Assembly (NCBI RefSeq): GCF_006345805.1
Contig: NC_042999.1
Span: 78,120,001-78,184,000, forward strand
Reading direction: 5' to 3'
Length of the DNA stretch: 64,000 nucleotides
From: Octopus sinensis
Taxonomy: Eukaryota
The notes under the pieces are model-generated. The model was given only the letters and a program-made list of their open reading frames with translations. It searched no databases and was not told the DNA's origin. This document shows, piece after piece, positions 54,537 through 64,000 of the stretch. Position 1 is the stretch's first letter. Every line of letters starts with the position of its first letter. Position numbers and translations under genes: made by a program.

Positions 54537-54700
54537 GGCATGGCTGTATGGTTAAGAAATTCACTTCCCAACCACAAGATTTTGAGTTCAGTCCCACTGT
54601 GTGCACCCTGGGTAAGTGTCTAGTACAAACCAAAGCCAACCAAAACATTGAGTAAATTTCATAAATGGAAACTGAAAGAAGCCCATCGTACGTCGTGTAT
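54537..54700 (+). repeat. tRNA-derived SINE
   Basis: GGCATGGCTGTATGGTTAAG (A-box-like)...GAGTTCAGTCCCACTG (B-box-like). Confidence 0.85.
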
Positions 54701-55479
54701 ACATGCATATATGTGCATAAGAATATTTGAGTCTCCTTGTTTCAATATCACATGATATAAACAAGTCACCATTTTACAAGTTGTTGCTGCTCATTTCCAA
54801 CCTTCCGTGGTAAAATGTGCAGCCAGGAAAGTGGTGGTGGGGGGGGTACCTTGCTAGGAAACAGGTGAGGATTGGCAACAGGAAGGGAATCTGTCAAAGA
54901 AAATCTGTTTCAATGAATACTGTCTAACCCATGCAAGCATTGAAAAGTGAACAATTAAACAATGAATGATAAACAACAATTTAAAAGCTATTTACTAAAA
55001 TGATCACGATTGTAATATAAATCTCAAAAGTGCAATTTTTGACATTCTGTAATCTTGGATCTTGTTACAAGAGTCAACAACCTACTAATTGCAAAAAGAA
55101 TCATCCACTTTTTTTTTCTGTTGTTTTTATTAATTTGTAAATTATGATAATGATTTTATAAATGAAATGGATCTGCTAATATGTCATTGAGTTTTAAATC
55201 TTATCTCATGTATTCTATATTATGAAACCTCTCATTAAAACATTTTATTACACTTAACATTGCTTATTTAAAGGAATGAAATCAATGACACTAAAAAAAC
55301 TAAATAAAAATTTTACAAAACAGACTAATAAAAAGGAATTATTATGCAGTATCTCACTCTACTCAATGCTATAGCTGTCTATATCTCCTTTGAAGATCTT
55401 GGTTTCAAATCAGGAATCACAAGCAACAAGACCCCCTGGCATAGAAAATAGCCTGAGACCCTAAAACTAAGGTGCAACA

Positions 55480-55710
55480 TAAAAAGCATTGGTGTGGATG
55501 CTGGTATAATGTAAAAGGCCCTGGCGAGGTGCCACATAAAAAACACTCAGTATACTCTGCAAAGTAGTTTTAGCTTTAAGAAGGGCATCAAGCTGTAGAA
55601 ACCCAACTAAAAACAGACTATGAACCTGGTGCAGCCCCTGGCTTTGCCAGTTCCTGTCAAGCTGTCCAGTCTATGCCAGTATGGAAAACAGAAGGTAAAT
55701 GTTGATAATG
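55480..55710 (+). repeat. RTE 3' tail copy
   Basis: AGAAGGGCATCAAGCTGTAGAAACC...GCCAGTATGGAAAACAGAAGGTAAATG. Confidence 0.7.
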
Positions 55711-58700
55711 AGATGCAACAAATATGGCTTTGATGCCTGTCAAGCCACTAAGTTTAACCCAAGTAAATTATATCAGACAAATGAGTCTCATCTCACTTTT
55801 CAATAACTATAGTGAGATAAAACACACAAAATACAAAAAAAAAAACAAGAAAAGCAAAATAGTATGTCAACATACACAAGTAAAAATTAAATAAGAACAA
55901 AAAGTATTAAAAGAACAAGACAAGTTTTATTTCAAAACTCATTAAAATAATTATAAAAAACTGTTTAAATGCAAGGAAAATAGAGAAATATTACATTTTG
56001 TTTTTCTTTTGAGAACTGAGAAAAAAAAAGTGGGCATTTTGGAGAGTAATCCAATTATAGCTTGTTACGCAAGAACAATTTTATTATATTTCTTTAAGTT
56101 TGAAAACAAGAAAGTAGAAATGGAAGATTTGTAATATAGCAACTAAAATAGGATTTATGTGGATGAATTTATATAAATATGCTCTACAACAGAGAAACAA
56201 AGAAATACAATAGAATGGCATAAGCTGGAGAAAACTGCACAAACATTTCTCTTCATTTCACCAATAATTTCAATGGAATACAGTAAGGAAATGTCATAAT
56301 ATTCAATATTTATATTGTTAAAATACATTACCTGTGCTATCTTAAAAAGAAACCAACTCAGAAAATTATCTAGTAAGTGTACACGTTTTTTTTTTAATCT
56401 TTACTGATTCTGTCTGATAAATTCTTAGCCAATAACGAGAAAGATGTAATTAAACCTTTAATGCTACAATTTTCAAGATTTCTTAAACATCCAATACATT
56501 TTGTAAGAACTTATTCAGTTGTAACTTTTTTCTAACTGCTGAACTGCTGAGAGAAGGCAACTAAAAATGATGATTCAATGTCACAAGTGTAATGATAACA
56601 AAAAGACAGAACAGTAAGATAAGCACAGATATGAGTACAGTAGACACTAACCTACAATCACTGAGAAAAATTTGAGAGGAAAAAATTTTCCACAGCAACA
56701 AGGTATTTCAGGGGAGCTTATTTATGCATTCATTAAAATGTTTTCAGCAACAATTTGATTAACATTAAATTAAAATAATTATATAATGAAATTGATGAAT
56801 CACTATAATTATTCTTGAAAAATATATAAATAAAATGTAACTGGAATGCAATATTTGCACTGAATCCATGGCAAGAGTGATCAACATACACCAGTACTTA
56901 GTTTCAATCATTTAATTTGTGTAAAGAAATTTTATAAATAGGATTAAAATGAAACGGAATTATGTGACGGTGATAGAGTGACAGTGGGTGATAATCTTTG
57001 GTTGAATGCAATAAACTATTTAGTCCTGATGTGCCTAGTTATTCACAAAGTTACTTTGATATCTACTGACAGACTAAGCCTGAGCACAGACTCCTAATTT
57101 ATTTCGTAATTAAATATGGTATCAATGAATCAATTTTTTGTAACTGATAGTCTTCCTCCCACCCTCCACATATATATTTCCAATTTAACCACAATAAGAA
57201 CCATAAAGCCAAAAGAAAAATTGAAAATATTAAATGTGCCAAAGAAAGCAAGAATCCTAGGCATTTTGGTAGTTGTAATCTGGCTGAATCCATGATTTGA
57301 AATATTAAATACGTTTTATAAAGTAAGTTTTAATAACATCCTTTAAAAAATTCAAAAATTGAACAACTAGAGAGTAAAGTTTACATAATGATACAGCCCT
57401 AAAACAAATATTGGGGTTGCTTTACCATCAAAGCATTTAGAGCTGAAAATCTGAATTAAAATGTGAATAGTGTTCTTGTAATTATATTTATAGCTAGCAA
57501 AGGTTACTTTAATAAATTAATAAAATGACAGTTTCATAGTAGAGGTAAAGAAACCATGAATGCTAATAACATAGCTACAATTGCATTACCAAAGGAGTTG
57601 CAAATTAGGAATTTAGAAAATTAATGTAGTCCAACAACCAATTTTTTATACAGATGAAAATGATTTTCATGTAAGCGTACACCATTGTCATAATCATCCT
57701 TTTACATCTACTTCCATGCTGGCATAGGTTGGACCCATCATTATGGCCTGAATCTCTATTATTATTCTAAGTTAGTAACCCTTCAAGATGGGTCAGGTGG
57801 TCACATCATTCTCATTATAACAGGCTTCTAATCAACAAAACACAAACATGCTTTTTTGGTATGCACCCATGAACTTGCAGCCTATTTACTTACTGCTCAT
57901 CATACTTATTTAAAAGGCGCAAACAAGTATAAAAAGTTAAAATTTCCAACATAAAATTATATTACATATTTGAAACAGGACCAATTTGAAACAGAAAATA
58001 GAATGTCTGGTTATTAAACTGCTAAGAGGATGTTAAAATCTAGTACATCGTTTCAAGTTTGGCATATTATTTCATTGAAATTTATATCCAAAGTGTTGCT
58101 TATTCTATTTGTCACTGGAGACCTAAATCAAACTGATGACCAAACTTAAAAATCAATTATGTGCAATTTACCTTCTAATGAAATCTCACTGGTAGAAATT
58201 AGATATAAAACTGCATTAACTGTTCATCAGTTTGAACTTAAATCCACTATTTATTTCAGAAGAATAGATCAGTTATGAAAGGATAATAAATTTAGAAATG
58301 TTACCCTAACTGCTAAGATATTTGCTCAATGCCATGAAACCAGAACAAAGTATTGATCCTTAAAACCTCCTCAGAAATTCTTTTTTCTTTCTGCAATTTT
58401 TTTCACATCCGGACAGTTAAAAAAATATTACTGCACTCAAAATATACTTCCATAAATGGCCCTATCCTAGACTCTTGGTGAAACATATGACCTTAGAAAG
58501 CTTAGCTATAAACCTAAATGTCAATAGTGTGAATTCTGTAAAGTGAATATATTGTAATACTGTTGAATGAAATTAAATTCCTCCATGAAAAAAGTTTTAA
58601 TAATTTTAGGGAACACCATTTTTCTCTGAAACTGTTTCCCTAAGTTATCCCATCCCCACTATCTTTTTTCTTGTTTTTCAAAAATTCATCTCATCTAGCA

Positions 58701-59109
58701 AGATAACTTGTGCAAATGATTAAATATTTAGGATTCACAAATAACAGTTGCAAGTCATCGCTCATGATTACTATTGAAATACTTTGAAGGAGCAATATGA
58801 CTTGTAAGAATTTGCCCAGCTTCTCTGATAATCTCATATGAAATGTTATATTGATGTAAAAAAAAAAAAAAGAAGTTGGTTGAGAGAGCTCTGATGATGT
58901 TGAGGGAAAAGATCATATTGCTGTGGAACTAAATATAGTAGCCCTAAACCAAATACTGAGAGCTTGCTTAGATAATCAAGAGGTTGACAAATGAAGTGAA
59001 ATGCAAATTGTTATATGCTGAAAACTTGCACAAGGAACATTACATAGAAATCACATCAAAATATGAATAAGAGTTTTAGAATGGATTATCTTTGTCACAA
59101 TTTGATTTC

Positions 59110-59355
59110 TCAGTGGCATGTAAAAAGCACCATTCGAGCATGGCTGATGCCAGTGCTACCCGACTGGCTCCCGTACCAGCAGCAGTAAAAAGCATCCACT
59201 ACCCTCTCAGAGTGGTTGGCTTTAGGAAGGGCATCCAACTGTAGAAACCTTGCCAGAACAGATTGGAGCCTGAGGCAACCTTCTGGCTTGCCAGTCCTCA
59301 GTAAAACCGTCCAACCCATGTCAGTATAAGAAAGCAGACATTAAAAGATGATGTC
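59110..59355 (+). repeat. RTE 3' tail copy
   Basis: AAAAAGCACCATTCGAGC...AGGAAGGGCATCCAACTGTAGAAACC...AAACCGTCCAACCCATG. Confidence 0.85.
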
Positions 59356-60049
59356 GTTTGAGAATAGTCTTTAGTTTTGCAAGTAAATGAAGTATTTATG
59401 AAAAAAAAAAAAGTTAGAGCCCATAAAAATTATGGGGTTTATTGAACATGGAATATAGAATAAATTATGCAAAAAGACTAAGAGTGTAATATAAGCTTAT
59501 ATGGAGTTGAACTGATGGTAGAAATAAGAACAATTGAGAGAGAACAATTCTGAATGCATAAGTGTAAAGTGAACTATTAACCTAATTATTCTTTTGCTTA
59601 AATATCTTAATACATACTTATGTATATCTTAATAATTACAACTGTGACAATATTTTTTCAAGTACAGACTTATAAAACTATACTGGAAGGAAGATGGTTA
59701 ATTTCACCTTATCATCAAGTTTGTTTAGTACAAGGACCTTGGGTGTGTATACATGTATAAGTGTGACACTCCTACAATATAAAACCAACAAGCAAAAAGT
59801 GGCATAGGCTTGTATGTGGGTAGAGAGGAATGTTCTAATGTTTTGATTATTTAAAATTGTACTGAAATCCATAAAAATGTTAAGTGTTCTTCAGGAATCC
59901 AATTCGTATATATTGAACACTTCTTGTGTGTGAGTGAACGAGGGTGCCTCTACATGGTTGCTCAAACTGATAAGAATAGTCATATTTTCTATTCTCACCC
60001 TACTGTTTTTAGCAAAAAAAATCCATGACACACTATGCAGAGAAAAAAA

Positions 60050-63000
60050 ATAGCTGGTTACAGCTGCAATGCCTTTCATCATGACCGTTTCGTTAAACAC
60101 AGTAACAACTTCCTGTATTAAAATTATGAAGGTAAAAATAAATTTAGAGATGGGAAAAGAGACAAAACAAAAAGGGGGGGGGGGATAAGATTATCAAAAT
60201 CAACTTTTCCCTTTCGATCTCTTCAAATAACTATGGCGGTTTCAAATCTTGTTTCCAACTCAAATGAGGTGAATGTTTTTTTGTTGTTTTTTTTCCTAGT
60301 TGCATCTAATTTGTAACTGCTATAATGCAAACATCATTATGATCAGTTACTTTGTGGTGTAATTTGGTTATTCATATAAAAATACCTTAAACAGTTTTAA
60401 AAACTTAGAGTTGGATGATTCACTACTCTCCAAAGCACCAGACGGAAAATAGTATTGCCTTACGTAGAAGAATCTACTCTGACCTACATTTGAAGTTTCG
60501 TCATTATTTTGAAAGAATCTAAACAACTATTTTATCTCAGCCTTTATTAAAGAAGTTTTTTTCTAAAACGGAATTTTAAAACTGAGATAAAATAGTTGCT
60601 AAGACTCGTCTATAAATAGTGACGAAATAGATCACACCCAATAGTATATAAAAATCGAAACGACATACGGAAACGAAAATACAGAACTTCCACTCCCACC
60701 CCCAAAAAAGAAAGAAAGAAAAGAAACTGAATGAACATTCAAACATTGATTCGAAATAAAAACAAGGTTAGGGAAAAGCAAATCCCAACACACTTCCGAA
60801 AAAGAGACTGAAGGCCGATGGTCTTATTTATACACAAATATCCTTTGTTCGTTATACGTTCTTTAACAATATTGCTGGAGCTACGGAAAACTCGAAAAAT
60901 ACTAACTTTTAACAGATTTTTACCGTCGTTTGTTATAATATACTCGACATACACGAAAAAAAAAATGTTAGACAATCAGAATATATAAGAAATTGCTTAA
61001 TATATGAACAGATGTTAAGAATAGTCATACTTCTTAGAAAGATTGCTGACTGATAAAACTATTACATAGTAGCACATCACGCTGATCTACCGCTACAGCC
61101 GATCTTTATTTCTCTGAATTTGCTGACTGTGTACTATCTCCTAACTGAGGCATTTCTATGTCCCACCCAACTTTCCTATTGTTAAATCCCCACCCCTTAA
61201 TTTACTGTTCTACAGAATCCTTCGGTGTTAGATAATCTGGACAAAGCAAGAATACCGTTGCTCTATCATTTGTTGTTTTGATACAACTGTAATTAGATCG
61301 TTAGCTTTTATATCAGAAACACGCCTATACTAAGCAATGAAATAAACCAACGAGGAATTCTGTATGTAATCGCCCGATTTACTAGAAATTTCCCTCGTAT
61401 CAAACTCGATCGTTATACTGGATAAAGTGGTTCGGGATATTCACTGCCAGAAAAAAATACGAGCTGGGTGGGCATGACTAGAAGGCTTTTGATCATAAGT
61501 CTGCTTAATCGGAGCCTGGGCAAGCAACAAAGATTATACAAGATATTAAAACAAGAAGAATCGAGGAACACAAAGTAACATTCTAGGTTATTTATTACAC
61601 AGGCTAATATTTATAACGTTAATAGAAAATGTCGTTCTAATGCAATCGTTATACACTCTTGGTGATTTGTATGGGAAAGATAATCCAACAGAAAATAAAA
61701 ATAGTTGTTTTTAACACACCGAATCAACCACAACCAAGTAGAACTATCGTCAAAGGTGTTTCAACAATAATATTTTCAGTTTATCAAGTATTCCTAAATA
61801 CAATGTATCCATTTTCAAGATGATAGGGTGTAATTTGAAGGAAACATCGCTGCCTTTTCGAGAAGATCGAGAAACACATATGTTAGTTTATAGCGTGAGG
61901 GGAAGTCCTTTTATGGGAGAGTAGGAAAGCTACTCGAAATGTTTATAAAGATAGTTCATCTCAAGACAAACACTAAGCGAGCACGAGCCGTCAGATTTAT
62001 AGGAGGGTAAGCTTAGTTTGTAATGGGTGTGTATACGTGTTATATAAACAAAATCCAACTACTTACTGGCCCACACGAAAAACAAAATATCGATCTGAGG
62101 AAAACTGATCAATTACAAGAGCTATAAGCCTTACTAACCTGCGCTTTTTTAGTTCAATATCATCACCACAAATGACACGATTATATATTTAAAAAATTAA
62201 TAATGGAAAAAAAGCTGTTTAATTTTAGTAGTCAAACTATGAGTGGTAATTAAAATAACCCCTAACAGTCTTATTTACGTTCAGTCTCTCCATCGAAGTA
62301 CAGAATGCTTAAAAAATTATTATTCAAGTTTCCCAAATTTTTCAACTACAATTCTCAACTGTTGCGACATCCGCTCTCTTTATAACTAACTATTCCTTTT
62401 CTATGACGCACTGAATTCATAACTATTCTACTATGATTAAAAATCAAACCCTAGTTGACACTTATTTCAGCGGCATAGCAGGATGAACGGCTTAGTCTAT
62501 TCTAGGAAAGATTCAGACGAGACTAGGAATGTATTTAGTTCAAGGCAGTGACTTGTTTTAGTCATCAATTATCACCGATTTTTTTCTCAAAACACAACTG
62601 ATGTACAAAAAGTCTTAAGACAGAAACCACATGAGCATAAAGATGAATGACACCAGTAGAATCCAACATCTTAACGAGCTAAATAAATATCGACGTCATT
62701 GCTTAACCTGTTAAAAATATCAGCTAATTTCACCCAAAATCATACCCTACCATACATAACTGAGAACTAGATTTACAAAAAAAAAGATAACAAGCTAACC
62801 TGGAGCTAAACAACAATACCTACAAAAAATAGATGGAATTCACTCTGTTATGCCAACGAAATATTCAATTTTAATGTTGCTGCTGCTTACAGTAATGTAC
62901 TTGCACCACTAAATGGGACCTACTTAATCTAGGTGAACTGGGCTGTTAAGAAATGAGCGTCGTGGTCATGGCGCAGTAACAAAATATAAAACCAGCAACT

Positions 63001-64000
63001 CTTATGCTGGTTATCTGGCTATAAATTGACTACCCTATCGATTATGTAAATTCTCCATACTGTATTCCAACAGAGATCATTCTTTTAAATCAGAGGTGAA
63101 GCTAGTCAACCATTAGGCTTTCTTATCCCATATAAAATCCAATCCTCTACGCAAATGCTGTTAATGCCTTTTAAAAATGCAGAACCATTACAACTTTTCA
63201 TATTCCAAGGTTATCATAACTTATTTCTCTTTACTTCCGGCGCTTCTTGTGTGTGGATAGAACAGTTCTACCTCTGCTTCGTTTCACCATCCACACATCA
63301 CTGAAGGCTAAAACGACGGAAGTAAAGAGAAATAACTCCTGCTAAAAACCTTGTCAAAATACCATTGGATACGTAAAAGAAACACGTGCCCAATATTTCA
63401 GTTCCCCCGCCCCTCGTAAATCCATGGCGACACAATCGTTAAAAACAAACTAGTTTAATAGACCCAAGTGTAGATTTCTTATGAAAACGTGCTGTCTCGC
63501 ATATACCTTTCTCAAGTGTAAGTGACACAAGCTAAGTTTAATGGTTACATTCAAGAAATCGAAACCGAGTCAGAAATGCATTCCAAGTGTCTTAGAATGC
63601 GTATATAAAGAGAAGCATGTTAGTAAAATTTTAATAAAGTATAACAGTACACCATAGAGTTGAGTGAACATGTAATTTACGATGTCTGCTTATATAGTCT
63701 TTCTTGTATGCTGGTTGGGGCACACCTAGATGTCACATTCAAGAATCAAAATTCTTATAATACAATTCATTAAATATTTGACAGATATAGATACGAAAAT
63801 TGCTCAATTCTTATATTTATCGTTTTCGGGAACCATTTCGTTTCACATGCGTAAATTGTGGAGAGAGCATCAATGTCCCAAATACCCATAACACCTCCGC
63901 TAAAAAAAAAACAGCATATTTATGTAAAGAGACAAATACCCGTATTGCACTCCCGTCACTACATTTACCATACTCCTCTTGTGAGTGAGTTCCTCCCTCC
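60050..64000. promoter_or_regulatory. CpG-retaining domain, probable promoter/first-intron region
   Basis: About 20 CpG in 60601-60960 versus very few per equal length across 55-59 kb (counted by eye), at similar AT content. Confidence 0.6.
63221..63430. promoter_or_regulatory. Housekeeping-type core promoter motif cluster
   Basis: ETS-like ACTTCCGG (63233-40) and ACGGAAGT (63316-23), ATTGG (63364-68), E-box CACGTG (63383-88), CCAAT (63390-94), GC box CCCCGCCCC (63405-13), ATGGCG (63424-29). Confidence 0.55.

Noticed and set aside
56332-56340. Possible 9-nt frame-preserving microexon (tttctttttaAG-ATAGCACAG-GTAATG, minus strand)
   Set aside because: Good splice signals, but no conservation or expression evidence, and plausible by chance in more than 30 kb of AT-rich intron.
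167-63988. Most 60-110 aa ORFs in the supplied track
   Set aside because: They are alternative or antisense frames of transposons, microsatellite translations, or AT-rich noise without domain signatures.

Overview
AT-rich, repeat-laden eukaryotic DNA. The SINE and RTE-tail families look like those of Octopus (recognised from memory, not verified). Only one host-gene exon is convincing: a 197-bp minus-strand coding exon (26895-27091) of a PP2A B56/B' regulatory subunit (PPP2R5E/widerborst-like), with canonical AG/GT ends. The rest reads as its very large introns. They contain a decayed Gypsy/Ty3 LTR retrotransposon with both LTRs (5349-8954), RTE-clade LINE fragments, tRNA-derived SINEs, an internally deleted piggyBac with related TTAA MITEs, three mariner remnants, a hAT transposase relic, a pogo/Tc2-like element, small MITEs and microsatellites. 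CpG is strongly depleted up to about 60 kb and reappears from there to the window end, where promoter-type motifs cluster at 63.2-63.45 kb. I found no prokaryotic operon, CRISPR array, rRNA or true tRNA gene, and no clearly new biological system. The best leads are a PHD-like finger inside a LINE ORF2, several unexplained hairpins or palindromes (two in the CpG-rich region), and inverted SINEs flanking the single exon.
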